A DNA stretch of 64,000 bases from a virus, in IMG/VR virus record IMGVR_UViG_3300028592_000008, positions 8,428 through 72,427 of that record. The stretch is one strand, 5' to 3'. The notes beneath the pieces were generated by a model. It worked only from the letters and a program-made list of their open reading frames with translations, was not told the DNA's origin and made no database searches. Position 1 is the stretch's first letter; each line of letters starts with the position of its first letter. Both the position numbers and the translations under genes were made by a program. Of the stretch, positions 37,702 to 47,175 are shown piece by piece.

Positions 37702-38606
37702 GCCGACCCCCACGTCTGAACGAGTGGAAGTACGAAAACCTGCATCCCCACCCGCTGAACGCCGAAGTGTTCGGCCCCCTCGAGCCGGGGATCGACGCCC
37801 TGGTCGAGCGGATCCGGGAGCACGGGCAGCAGCGGCGGACGGAGATCCTGCCCCAGAAGACGATCGCGTCGGACGGCACGGAGCTCCCGGCGGGGACGAT
37901 CATCAAGGGGCACCGCGGCTCGCTCGCGACGCATCTGGCCGGGTTCGCGGACGTGAAGGTCATCGAGCGGTGGGATCTGATCGACAGCCCGATGGAGGCC
38001 GAATTCGAGCTCCTGTCGGACAACGATGTTGAGCTCTACCGGAAGATCACGGACAAGATCAAGGTCCGGATGATCGCCGAGATGCGGAAGCGGACCGGCA
38101 AGAGCATGTCGGACGTGGCGGAGGCCATGGGGACCAGCAAGTCGACGGTCCACCGGGCCGAGAAGATTGCCGAGGCTCAGGAGGTCGCGCACCCGGAAGA
38201 CAAGGCGGCCATCGACGCCGTGCTCGAGGAGGAGGGGATTCGCCCGGCGATGGACCTGGCCGAGACCGTCCTGAAAGAGCGGGACCGGATCGAGGCGGCG
38301 GAGCCGAAGAAGAGGCGGACCACAACGAGCAAGCCGGCCGAGGAGAAGCCGCGGAAGAACCCGGCCCCCGTCGTCGCCCCGCGGGAGACCCCGGCGGACT
38401 TGCCGGTCAGCCAGGCGTTCGGGATCGCGACCGACATGAAGCGGATCATCCGGGACACCCTCGGCTCCAAGATCAAGAAGATCGAGGAACTGATCGGCGC
38501 TCCCGGAGGGACTCCGAACACGCTGGCCGTGCAGACGTCGCTCGAGCGGGCGGCGGAACTCGTCCAAGACCTGATCGACGCGCACCTGACCGACTTCCAG
38601 GGATAG
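37698..38606 (+). CDS. ParB-like protein with HTH
   Basis: LHPHPLN...LVERIREHGQ...IIKGHRG; HTH SMSDVAEAMGTSKSTVHR. Confidence 0.75.
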   Translation: MSRPPRLNEWKYENLHPHPLNAEVFGPLEPGIDALVERIREHGQQRRTEILPQKTIASDGTELPAGTIIKGHRGSLATHLAGFADVKVIERWDLIDSPMEAEFELLSDNDVELYRKITDKIKVRMIAEMRKRTGKSMSDVAEAMGTSKSTVHRAEKIAEAQEVAHPEDKAAIDAVLEEEGIRPAMDLAETVLKERDRIEAAEPKKRRTTTSKPAEEKPRKNPAPVVAPRETPADLPVSQAFGIATDMKRIIRDTLGSKIKKIEELIGAPGGTPNTLAVQTSLERAAELVQDLIDAHLTDFQG

Positions 38607-38609
38607 GCA

Positions 38610-40661
38610 ATGTCCGATTGGGACGACATGCAGCGCGACGGGGTTGATCGGCTGATCGACCGCGCGCAGTCGAAACTCGCCGTCGTCGGCTCTTCACCCA
38701 CCGGGTCCGGCAAGACGACGATGGCTGCCATGTGCGTTCAGGACTGGTGCGTCCCGTCCAATCTGTCGTGGGAGTTCATGACGAACCGGCGGACGCTGCT
38801 GGATCAGACGGTCGATGCCTTCCGGCAGTTCCGCGAGAAGGGGCTGGAGTTCGGCGTTCGAGGGGCAGGGTATCGCCCCAACCTCGAGCGCCGGGGGCAG
38901 GTGACGATCGTCCAGACGGACGCGAAGGCGGTGAAGGAGAAGCGGTGGGAGCCACATCAGGCGGACGTCCTGATTATCGACGAGGTCCACAACAACATGC
39001 CGGAGTACCTGCAGTGGCGGGTGCAGCGGCAACTCGACCGCGGGTATCCGGTCATCGGTCTCTCGGCGACGCCGATCGGCCTCGGACGCTGGTTCCGGCA
39101 TCTGGAGCCGCTTTGCACGCTGTCCATGCTTCGGGAGGTCAAGGGAGCGCTGATCGCCGAGTGCCACACGCCGAACGAGCTCGACCTGAAGCACATTCGC
39201 CGGGTGAAGTACGGGGAGAAGAAGGACGAGATGGCCCGGCTGTTCACGCAGCAGCAGGTCGTCGGCTCGATCATCGACACATGGCGGGCCCTGAATCCGA
39301 AGGCGCTCCCGACGATCCTCTTCGCGCCGTGCGTCGAGTCGTCGAAGTGGTTCTGCGAGGAGTTCAACCGCCAGGGAATCCCCGCCGCCCACATCGACGG
39401 GGGGAACATTTACTACGGCCGGAAGAAGGACGGCGAGCGGGAGTACATTCCGTCCACCCGCGCGTCCCGGAAGGAACTGAAGAAGCAGGTCCGACAGGGG
39501 CACATTAAGGTTGTCACGAATCGCTTCGTTATGAGAGAGGGCGTGGATTGGCCGTTCCTGTATCACGCGATCTTCGCGACGAAGATGGGGGGCGTCGTCC
39601 CGTGGGTGCAGTCCTGCGGGCGAGTCCTGCGCGCGGACCACAATCGCCCGTGGATGGACCACGTCATCATTCAGGATCACGGCGGGAACCTGTATGGCCT
39701 CGGCCTGGGGAGCCCGAACGCCGACCGGGTTTGGGAGCTCGGGGACACGGCGAAGATCCTGAAGGACAAGGCCAGGGAGCGGCTCAAGGAAGGACTTGAC
39801 CATCAGCCGGTGTGCTGCCCGCGGTGCCATCGCCCGGTGAAATGGGAGGTCTGGACCAAGCTGGGGAACACCTGCCCGTACTGCAAGAACAAGTTCGACG
39901 CCAGCGAGCGGATCGTCATCCAGAAGGACGGGCGACTGCTGCCGGTGGAGGGGGACGCGATCAAGATCCGGGTCCGAACGGATCAGAAGGACATGCAGAA
40001 GGCGTGGGACGGCCTGTTCTACCCCTCCTCGAAGAGTAAGGGCGTCCGGGCGAATACGTTCGGCCAGCTATGCGGGCGGCTCAAGTCGGCGCACCCGCAC
40101 CTGCAGGTCTGCGACGACGTTGTGGCGATTCAGAACGGGGTCCGGAAGCGGGTCTCCGGGATACGAGACATGCGGTCGATGAAGTTCTACGTCATCGACA
40201 ACATGCCCAAACCGGGCAGTCCGGTTTGGAAGCAAGAGGTCCGGCGAACGAGCCGGGACATCCTTCAGAGGTACGAGGGCAAGTATGGCGGATCAGCAGG
40301 TGACGCAGGATCAGGCAACGGAGAAGCAGGCGGAGGAGAGCGGCCGGCAGAAGTCGGCGCCGCGCAAGGCTCCAACGCTGGTGACGGATCGGGTGGAAAT
40401 GGCCTACGGTCACGTCTGCCAGATCAAGGGCGTGGTGGTGAAGTACCAGCTCAAGGGGGGGCAGGAGCTCTTCGCGGTGGCGGCAACACCCGGCGCCGCC
40501 AAGGAAGCCTTTCTTTTGGAAATGGTGACCAAGGAGGAGCCGCTCACACAGGCGGAGCTCACGGCGGAGATGCACGCGGCGATGGTCCGGCGGTGGGAAG
40601 CGGACCGGCGGCCGGCGAATCCGCTGCCGGATCTGGGGTCGGTGATGGATCCGTTGGGTGA
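38610..40661 (+). CDS. Superfamily 2 helicase (RadD/YejH-like) with Zn finger
   Basis: PTGSGKT, IIDEVH, GLSATP, EGVDWP, QSCGRVLR, CPRC/CPYC. Confidence 0.92.
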   Translation: MSDWDDMQRDGVDRLIDRAQSKLAVVGSSPTGSGKTTMAAMCVQDWCVPSNLSWEFMTNRRTLLDQTVDAFRQFREKGLEFGVRGAGYRPNLERRGQVTIVQTDAKAVKEKRWEPHQADVLIIDEVHNNMPEYLQWRVQRQLDRGYPVIGLSATPIGLGRWFRHLEPLCTLSMLREVKGALIAECHTPNELDLKHIRRVKYGEKKDEMARLFTQQQVVGSIIDTWRALNPKALPTILFAPCVESSKWFCEEFNRQGIPAAHIDGGNIYYGRKKDGEREYIPSTRASRKELKKQVRQGHIKVVTNRFVMREGVDWPFLYHAIFATKMGGVVPWVQSCGRVLRADHNRPWMDHVIIQDHGGNLYGLGLGSPNADRVWELGDTAKILKDKARERLKEGLDHQPVCCPRCHRPVKWEVWTKLGNTCPYCKNKFDASERIVIQKDGRLLPVEGDAIKIRVRTDQKDMQKAWDGLFYPSSKSKGVRANTFGQLCGRLKSAHPHLQVCDDVVAIQNGVRKRVSGIRDMRSMKFYVIDNMPKPGSPVWKQEVRRTSRDILQRYEGKYGGSAGDAGSGNGEAGGGERPAEVGAAQGSNAGDGSGGNGLRSRLPDQGRGGEVPAQGGAGALRGGGNTRRRQGSLSFGNGDQGGAAHTGGAHGGDARGDGPAVGSGPAAGESAAGSGVGDGSVG

Positions 40662-40722
40662 CGAAATCGTTTCCCGGGAAACGATTGAAGAGCCCACCAG
40701 TCAAAATGCTGGGGCAGAGTAG
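40285..40722 (+). CDS. Hypothetical protein overlapping helicase 3' end (contains palindrome copy 7 at 40668-40683)
   Basis: GAGGG RBS; this frame has normal codon usage while the helicase frame becomes Gly-rich. Confidence 0.65.
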   Translation: MADQQVTQDQATEKQAEESGRQKSAPRKAPTLVTDRVEMAYGHVCQIKGVVVKYQLKGGQELFAVAATPGAAKEAFLLEMVTKEEPLTQAELTAEMHAAMVRRWEADRRPANPLPDLGSVMDPLGDEIVSRETIEEPTSQNAGAE

Positions 40723-40789
40723 GCGGCGCGGCCCGGGGTCATGGTGACACCGGAGGAGTTTTTCGGATCCAGACTCAACAGGTGACACT

Positions 40790-42304
40790 GTGACTCAGAA
40801 ATCAGCGAATTCGCTTCACATCCAGAACGTCCGGGCGATCGAGAACCTGCACATCCCCATCCCGGATGAGGGGGGCGTGGTCGTCCTGCAGGGGTATCAC
40901 GGGACCGGGAAGTCGACGGCGCTCCTCGCGGTCGACATGGTCGCGGGGCGGGGCCCGGCCAAGCTGGAGAAGCACGACGGCTCGCTCCGCGGGGAGGTCG
41001 TCGGCCTGGGCGTGACGATCAAGATGGACAAGACGACCCGGCGGGAGGGGGAGTGTCCCTTCCAGCAGCTTGACGGGGCGTCCATCGCGCGGCTCGTGAA
41101 CCCCGGTATCAAGGATCTGAAGGCGGCGGACGCGGACCGGACGAAGGGGCTGTTGGAGATCACCGGGGCGTCGATCACGGTGGCGGACTTCAAGGACTGC
41201 GGTCTCGACCAGCCGGAGATCATCTCGGCCACGAAGGGGACCGATGGGGCCCCGGTGGCGGCCGTGCAGGGCGTGAAGGAGGCGCTCAACGCCAAGGCCT
41301 TGAAGCTCGAAAAGGAGGCCGCAGAGCTCACGGGCGAGCACGACGCGATCAGCAAGCGGCTGAACGAGGCCGGCGTCGGCAGCGAGGCGGAGCTGCGGAC
41401 GGACGCGGAGATCGACAAGGACCTGGAGGATTGCCGCGCGAAGATCCGGGTGGCGGAGACCGACAAGAAGTGGGTCGACGAGAACCGGGCCGCGTACGAG
41501 GAGGCCAAGGGGGCGGCGGATTCGGATGAGACGGTCGAGTCCGTGCAGGACCGCATCACCGAGCTCGGCGACAGAATCAAGGCTGGGACGGCGAAGATCG
41601 ACGCGCTGACCGAGGAGCGGAACCTCAAGCTGGCGGAGATCAGCAAGGAGTACGCCGCCAAGATTAAACTGGCGGAGGACGCTCAGGACGAGTTGATTGC
41701 CGAGAAGAGAGCCGAGTCTGCTCGCCTGGAGGTCGTGCAGCAGAACGTCGCCGCGGCGGCCTCCCGGAAGTCGCTGCTCGCGATGTTCGAGTCCCGGATG
41801 ACGACCGACAACCAAGGTGTGATCGACGGAGAGCGGGCGAAGGAGGAGACGCTGCTCAAGGAGCGGACCGACAATGCCGCCGCCCGGGTCCGGCTGGCCG
41901 ACGCGAAGCTGCAGAAGGAGATCGTCGCCAAGATCAAGGCCGCGCAGGAGGGAGCGAAGGCGCTCCGCGAGAAGGCGAAGGGAGTGGAGAAGCTGCTCGG
42001 GAAGATCATCCCGGAGACGTCGCCGATCAAGTTCGACGAGTCCGGCCGGCTGGTGGTCAAGACCGACCGGGCGGATCAGGAATACTTCACGGAGCTCTCG
42101 GACGGCGAGCGGTGGGGGCTGGCGATCGACATCGCCGTCTCGACCATGAAGACCGGGGGGATCATGACGATCCCGCAAACGGCGTGGCAGGAGCTTGCGC
42201 CTACGGTGCAGGCCGAGATCGCGGCGAAGTGCCGGGAGCGGAAGGTGACCGCCGTCACTGCGGCGATCACGGACGACCCGGCGATTGTTCCGAAGGTGAT
42301 GTAG
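40790..42304 (+). CDS. SMC/Rad50-like coiled-coil ATPase
   Basis: GYHGTGKST Walker A, long coiled coil, LSDGE signature; Walker B degenerate. Confidence 0.8.
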   Translation: MTQKSANSLHIQNVRAIENLHIPIPDEGGVVVLQGYHGTGKSTALLAVDMVAGRGPAKLEKHDGSLRGEVVGLGVTIKMDKTTRREGECPFQQLDGASIARLVNPGIKDLKAADADRTKGLLEITGASITVADFKDCGLDQPEIISATKGTDGAPVAAVQGVKEALNAKALKLEKEAAELTGEHDAISKRLNEAGVGSEAELRTDAEIDKDLEDCRAKIRVAETDKKWVDENRAAYEEAKGAADSDETVESVQDRITELGDRIKAGTAKIDALTEERNLKLAEISKEYAAKIKLAEDAQDELIAEKRAESARLEVVQQNVAAAASRKSLLAMFESRMTTDNQGVIDGERAKEETLLKERTDNAAARVRLADAKLQKEIVAKIKAAQEGAKALREKAKGVEKLLGKIIPETSPIKFDESGRLVVKTDRADQEYFTELSDGERWGLAIDIAVSTMKTGGIMTIPQTAWQELAPTVQAEIAAKCRERKVTAVTAAITDDPAIVPKVM

Positions 42305-42368
42305 GGGTAAACTCCCTCCTTCGCTGAAGTCGGACGGTTTCTGTTTTCCTTGGATTCTGGAGGGTCTC

Positions 42369-42728
42369 ATGAGCACGAAAGCGGCGTTGAATCGGCAGGA
42401 CGTCAATCTGTCCCAGCTCGCCGGTATGGACAGCGAGAAGCTGTCCCGGGTGGTGCAGCAGCAGATCGGCATCGCGTCGGCGGACATCTACAACCGCCCG
42501 AACGAGAAGAAGCCGCGGGAGGTGACGATCAAGCTCAAGTTCGCCCCGGCGGACGACGAGGGCGATCGGGTCCTGTTCGAGTTCGAGGTGTCCGGGAAGA
42601 CGCCGCCCCGGAAGTCGAAGTCCTACGGGATGGAGAACAACGGCGCGATGAAGAAGATGGTGTTCAACGACATCACGCCGGGTGACGATGAGGATGAGTC
42701 GCAGGAGGGCGACGACGACAAGGAGTGA
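42369..42728 (+). CDS. Phage protein (YfdP-like, partner of downstream gene)
   Basis: KKPREVTIKLKFAP motif; conserved phage gene-pair arrangement. Confidence 0.55.
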   Translation: MSTKAALNRQDVNLSQLAGMDSEKLSRVVQQQIGIASADIYNRPNEKKPREVTIKLKFAPADDEGDRVLFEFEVSGKTPPRKSKSYGMENNGAMKKMVFNDITPGDDEDESQEGDDDKE

Positions 42729-42791
42729 GTAGCCCCGGCCGGTGTTCGGCTTGGCGGTAGGTGATTACTCAGGCATTTCGGAGGGTTCTCA

Positions 42792-43634
42792 GTGAGTCAG
42801 GAACAGGAGAAGGTGACGTCGCAGCAGACCGTTGCGCGCGGCGTCGTGACGGAGATTCGGGATCTAGTGAAGGAGCAGCAGCACAGCGGCGGCCTGCACT
42901 TTTACACGACCGTCCCCGGCATGGTGATCGTCAAGGTCCCGGGCAAGGAGGACTACGAAAAGATCCCGGTCCAGCAGAAGCGGCGTTACAACTTGGAGAC
43001 GCTGCAGGGCGTGGCCGAGGCCGCCAAGGTCGCCAAGGAAAAGTTCGGCGGCGACCCGGTCATCTTCGTGGATCGGAACGAAGTCGTCCTGTCGTTTCAG
43101 GAGAACGCGGCATCGCTGCACCTGGCCTCCGGTGTCTACAAGCACCGACTGTCCCCGGAGTGGAAGTGCCTGCTCGGCCTGAAGCAGCAGCCGACGATGG
43201 GGGTCGAAGGCGTCCGGAAGTGGCTCCGGATCGACATGCGGGCCGGGGCGACCGATTCGTCCAAGGCGCTCGAGCGGTCCCTGCAGAGTCTCTCTGCGAA
43301 GACCGAGCAGCGGACGCGGTCGATGCGCGAGGGCGGCAAGGAGAGCCTCGGCCGGGACATCGACGCGGAGGTGACGTCGGCGAACGGGGAGATCCCGAAC
43401 GCCTGCGCCTTCCATGTCCGTCCGTTTCTCGATCCGGACGTCTCCGCTGGTGACGCCGTCGAGGTGTTTGTCGACGTCGAGCCGCGGAACCTGGACGTGA
43501 CCCTGGTCGCTCAGGAAGCCGACATGGAGGAGGTGCTCGTCGGGGCTGTGCTGAAGGCCGTGGAGGTCCTGAAGCTGCGTCTCAGCGAGGTCGACCTGCC
43601 GGATGTCCCGGTGATCTTGGGATCGGCTTCGTAA
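42792..43634 (+). CDS. Phage protein (DUF2303/YfdQ-like)
   Basis: 280 aa; SPEW motif; ends VILG; follows YfdP-like gene. Confidence 0.5.
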   Translation: MSQEQEKVTSQQTVARGVVTEIRDLVKEQQHSGGLHFYTTVPGMVIVKVPGKEDYEKIPVQQKRRYNLETLQGVAEAAKVAKEKFGGDPVIFVDRNEVVLSFQENAASLHLASGVYKHRLSPEWKCLLGLKQQPTMGVEGVRKWLRIDMRAGATDSSKALERSLQSLSAKTEQRTRSMREGGKESLGRDIDAEVTSANGEIPNACAFHVRPFLDPDVSAGDAVEVFVDVEPRNLDVTLVAQEADMEEVLVGAVLKAVEVLKLRLSEVDLPDVPVILGSAS

Positions 43635-43660
43635 TCTGTCCGCGGTTTTGTTGAACGAGC

Positions 43661-43697
43661 GCCCGGGTGTCGGAAGGAACCGCACCCGGGTTTCTTT
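43661..43697 (+). terminator. Rho-independent terminator
   Basis: GCCCGGGTG...CACCCGGGT followed by TTCTTT. Confidence 0.7.
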
Positions 43698-43712
43698 ACG
43701 GGGAGCGGCGTC

Positions 43713-44339
43713 TTGGGAAAAAACCGAGGCGCAACGCTGGTCTACCCCCGGGACGAGTGGGCGGAGTCTGTTCTCCTGAGCGCGGCGGTCACCGGCTGGT
43801 GGTGGGAGCCTGCGCTCGCGGAGGAGTGGACGGACGAGCTATTCCCGGATCCGATTGACAGGTCCATCCTGCGGGCAGTGCGGGTGGTGCGGTTTCATGG
43901 CGGCCGGCGGCGAGTCCGCTTCGACATGATGGCGCTGAACGTCTTCATCCGGCGGCACTTCGGGGAGAATCCCGGCAAGATTCGGGAGCGTTTCCTCGAG
44001 CTGATCGACCCGGTGTTCGCGTGGGACGTGGATTATCACTGGCCGGTGTGGTCGTCTCGGGCGATCCATCGCTGGCGGGATCGGGCGGCGGTAGATCATG
44101 CGGTTGCGGTTGTCCGGCTGGCTCGCGCCGGGCAGCACAAGGAGATTCGCGAGCTGGTGAGGTGCTTCAGTGCCGAAGATGAGCGAGCAAGACAAGCGGG
44201 AGATGCGGCGGGAATATCTGGACGCCTTCCCGGAATGCCAATACTCAGCGGCATTCGGGCCGGATCTCCAGTGGCCACGGATCAAGAGGGGGCAGGTTTG
44301 TGTGGAGCACATATGGGCTCGACACGGGGCGGCGAGTGA
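43713..44339 (+). CDS. Hypothetical protein with DnaB N-terminal-like pattern
   Basis: AESVLLSA...ELFPDPIDRSILRAV resembles the DnaB N-domain. Confidence 0.45.
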   Translation: MGKNRGATLVYPRDEWAESVLLSAAVTGWWWEPALAEEWTDELFPDPIDRSILRAVRVVRFHGGRRRVRFDMMALNVFIRRHFGENPGKIRERFLELIDPVFAWDVDYHWPVWSSRAIHRWRDRAAVDHAVAVVRLARAGQHKEIRELVRCFSAEDERARQAGDAAGISGRLPGMPILSGIRAGSPVATDQEGAGLCGAHMGSTRGGE

Positions 44340-44628
44340 GCACTGGTCGAATTACGCGACGGTGTGGATGACGCCGGGGGGCCCGCACGACTGGAAGCAT
44401 GACAACTCCGTCGAGGCCCGGATCGTCATCACGGCGTTCAAGTTCGATCTGTACCTGGCAACGAAGGACGAGCGGCATTTCGACATCGAGGCGCTCCGCG
44501 CGGCTTCCGGGGTGTACGTCCCGGGCTGGGTCGAGGTGAAGCTGGAGACCCAGGGGCACCGGCTCCCGGAATACGTTTTGCGGATCGGCCAAGACTTCAT
44601 CGAAAGGTTCAACGCTTCGCGAGGGTGA
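44170..44628 (+). CDS. HNH-like protein
   Basis: ECQY...VEHI...SNYATV...HDWKH. Confidence 0.5.
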   Translation: MPKMSEQDKREMRREYLDAFPECQYSAAFGPDLQWPRIKRGQVCVEHIWARHGAASEHWSNYATVWMTPGGPHDWKHDNSVEARIVITAFKFDLYLATKDERHFDIEALRAASGVYVPGWVEVKLETQGHRLPEYVLRIGQDFIERFNASRG

Positions 44629-44685
44629 CCGCGGGTCGGAGTTTGTCTATGGTGTCTTCGGAGGATTGAATCCCCGGAGGGCAAC

Positions 44686-45081
44686 ATGATCGGTTTTCTG
44701 CCACATTTGATTGCCCAAACCCCAGTCGCTTCACAAATGCCGACGACTCTTGAGGGGGCGATCATCTTTATTGCGGTTAGTGCTGTAGTGGCGTCGCTGA
44801 CCTTCATCAACAAACTTTCGACCGACAACCGGCTAGACCGGCAGGAGGAGCGGAAGAACATCGAGAAGATCGCTGATGCCGTAACTGCTGCGACCAACGA
44901 GTTTAAGACAGCGTCAGTTAAGATGCTGGACGAGCACAAGGAGGACCGCGAGGTCTACCAGGACTCTATGGCTGAACTGCAGCGGGAAATCTCCGCCGGA
45001 TTCGCCTCCATGAAGACCGAGATGGCGGGCGTCAAAGATGCACTCAGGGAAAGCCGTCGCCTCCAAGGGGGCGGCGGATGA
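44686..45081 (+). CDS. Membrane protein with coiled coil (holin-like)
   Basis: One TM segment then coiled coil; GGAGG RBS. Confidence 0.6.
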   Translation: MIGFLPHLIAQTPVASQMPTTLEGAIIFIAVSAVVASLTFINKLSTDNRLDRQEERKNIEKIADAVTAATNEFKTASVKMLDEHKEDREVYQDSMAELQREISAGFASMKTEMAGVKDALRESRRLQGGGG

Positions 45082-45377
45082 ATCCCGTGCTCGAGGAACT
45101 GTTGAGGAACCTCCAAGTCACACAATCGCGTATCTCCTGGCGGCACTCGATGCTCGTTCTGTGTGTGTCGACGGTGGTTACGTCGCTGGCCTGCGCGTAC
45201 TTCACGCTCAAGTCAGAGCGGGATGTCTACATGCTGCTCGGCGAGGTGCGCGCGTTGCGGGACACAGTCGAGTCTTCCCGGTGCAACTGTCACTCGCTAT
45301 CCAGGGGGCTGGGCAGCTTGAAGGGGGCGGGCGTGCGTGGGCATATGTCACTGGACGTTAAGCCGGGCGTCGAGTAG
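45078..45377 (+). CDS. Membrane protein
   Basis: One TM segment; ATGA coupling. Confidence 0.55.
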   Translation: MNPVLEELLRNLQVTQSRISWRHSMLVLCVSTVVTSLACAYFTLKSERDVYMLLGEVRALRDTVESSRCNCHSLSRGLGSLKGAGVRGHMSLDVKPGVE

Positions 45378-45413
45378 CGTGATACCTGCTTTCTCTTTCC
45401 AGCAGGTGACGTG

Positions 45414-45635
45414 ATGCAGAAGACGACTCTCCTCGGGATCATGGGCATCATCGGCGTCGTGATGGGCTTTCTCACGGCGACCTTCGATGGAAACCCGGCA
45501 ACGGTTCCGGATTCGCTTCCCTCGGTCATCCAGCAGATCACTACGCTCTGCGTGAGCGCGGGGCTGATCGTCTCGCGTGACAACAAGGTCTCCGACGAGC
45601 AGGCCGGAGCCGGGGACCTCGGGAAGAAGAAGTAG
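45414..45635 (+). CDS. Holin-like two-TM protein
   Basis: KTTLLGI...GLIVSRDNKVS; basic C-terminus. Confidence 0.6.
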   Translation: MQKTTLLGIMGIIGVVMGFLTATFDGNPATVPDSLPSVIQQITTLCVSAGLIVSRDNKVSDEQAGAGDLGKKK

Positions 45636-45648
45636 CTGGACCGTCCAG

Positions 45649-45664
45649 CGTTTCCCGGGAAACG
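45649..45664. repeat. 16-bp palindrome, copy 8 (intergenic); one-mismatch variant at 46094-46109
   Basis: CGTTTCCCGGGAAACG exact. Confidence 0.95.
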
Positions 45665-45692
45665 AATCTCAGCCGGCCAAGGGGAGAGAGTC

Positions 45693-46262
45693 ATGCGCGT
45701 CACATACTTCACGGGCAACGACCGCCAGGGCACCAAGGCCTACGATGGCGAGATCGTCAGCGAGAACGATTCGATTCTCGTGGTCCACAACGACCGGGGC
45801 GGGAACCGGACGATCGACAAGAGCCTGATCGTCAGCCGGTCGGACCAGCCGGACCTCCCGAAAGCGAAGAGCTCGACGGAGCTGGAGGCTGAGCGGAAGC
45901 GTAAGGTCGCCGCCCAGCAGGCACAGATCGCCCCGGCGATCGAAGTGGCGAACCCGGAGGCCAAGCCGCTCGAGCCTGGCCCGCTTGTCCCGATAGACAT
46001 TGAGACGCCCGTCGCAAGCAACACGGAGTCCGGCGCGGAAAGCGAGTCGGTCGTGGGGGCCGCGTCGGACTCCGGTTCTTCCGAGGAAGCCAGCGTTTCC
46101 CGGGAAGCGACCGAGCAGGAAGCGGAAGCTCCGGCCGGCGGTTCGGGCGAGCCGGCGCCGCCTGCGACGGAAGGCGAGGGCAGCGACACGATTTCCGGGT
46201 CCGGCGAGGATCGTCCCTCCCCGGAGGCCTCGGAACTGAACACGTCGATGAAGGTCGACTGA
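45693..46262 (+). CDS. Small beta-barrel-like domain plus acidic tail
   Basis: N-domain paralogous to next ORF. Confidence 0.7.
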   Translation: MRVTYFTGNDRQGTKAYDGEIVSENDSILVVHNDRGGNRTIDKSLIVSRSDQPDLPKAKSSTELEAERKRKVAAQQAQIAPAIEVANPEAKPLEPGPLVPIDIETPVASNTESGAESESVVGAASDSGSSEEASVSREATEQEAEAPAGGSGEPAPPATEGEGSDTISGSGEDRPSPEASELNTSMKVD

Positions 46263-46272
46263 GGGTAGAGCG

Positions 46273-46461
46273 ATGGCCGTCTTCGTGTATGACAAGGGCG
46301 ACGGTGGTAAGCCGAAAACTTACACCGGCGAGATCATCACGGAGACGCCAACGCATCTCATCATCCGAAACAACGCGGATGGCGTGCCGCGGAACTTTGT
46401 GAAGAGCAAGCTGGTGAGCCGGTCGGATCAGCCGCCGGCCGAGAAGCCGAAGGACGGGTGA
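46273..46461 (+). CDS. Small beta-barrel-like domain protein (paralog of upstream N-domain)
   Basis: Shared KxYxGEI...VSRSDQP. Confidence 0.7.
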   Translation: MAVFVYDKGDGGKPKTYTGEIITETPTHLIIRNNADGVPRNFVKSKLVSRSDQPPAEKPKDG

Positions 46462-46462
46462 C

Positions 46463-46750
46463 ATGAACTGGATCCAGCAGCATCCCTACATCACGGGGAG
46501 CCTCGGCGTTCTCCTGACGCTCATCGGGACGGTCGTCGTTCCGTTCGGCGACAAGATTATGGCCGGCGTGAAGGGGCTCCGGCGGGCTCCGGCGGCGGCC
46601 GAGGGCACCGACGAGGATCAGATGTCCGCAGACCTGTTCCGGATCGAGAAACACGCCCGGGACGAGTTGAAGGACCAGCAGCTCGTCGACCTCCTGGGGC
46701 AGGCCCGGTCGCGGCTCATGATGGTCCGGACCACGAACGCTGCAGGGTGA
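46463..46750 (+). CDS. Membrane protein
   Basis: N-terminal TM segment. Confidence 0.65.
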   Translation: MNWIQQHPYITGSLGVLLTLIGTVVVPFGDKIMAGVKGLRRAPAAAEGTDEDQMSADLFRIEKHARDELKDQQLVDLLGQARSRLMMVRTTNAAG

Positions 46751-46751
46751 C

Positions 46752-47174
46752 ATGCGAGTCTTCGGTGCGATTTGTACGACGCTTGGCGGCTTCCTCCTGA
46801 TCGCCCTCGCGGTGTCCGGCGGCGGTGGCGGACTTCTCCCCGCCACCCCTCCGCCGATTCCAGGAATCGCGAAGGCGTTTCTTGTCGTGCATGACCAGGC
46901 GAACCGCCGGAACCTCAAGCCGGACCAGCTCGCCGTCCTGACGTCGACGATCCTTGTCGACAAGCTGAATCAGAACGGCTTCCAGTCCCGGTATTGGGAC
47001 AAGTCCAACGTCTTGAACGGCACGGGCCCCATTGCCGAGGCCGGCAAGAAAGTCCTGGCCGAGAACAAGCCCCTCCCGTGGATGCTGATCTCCAACGAGA
47101 CGGCCGGGAAGGGGTACTCCGGCCCGGTGGAGACGCTGGACGGGGCATTGAAGCACGTCGACGAGGTCAAGTGA
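46752..47174 (+). CDS. Membrane-anchored protein with Pro linker
   Basis: Signal/TM, PATPPPIP linker, globular domain. Confidence 0.65.
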   Translation: MRVFGAICTTLGGFLLIALAVSGGGGGLLPATPPPIPGIAKAFLVVHDQANRRNLKPDQLAVLTSTILVDKLNQNGFQSRYWDKSNVLNGTGPIAEAGKKVLAENKPLPWMLISNETAGKGYSGPVETLDGALKHVDEVK

Positions 47175-47175
47175 G

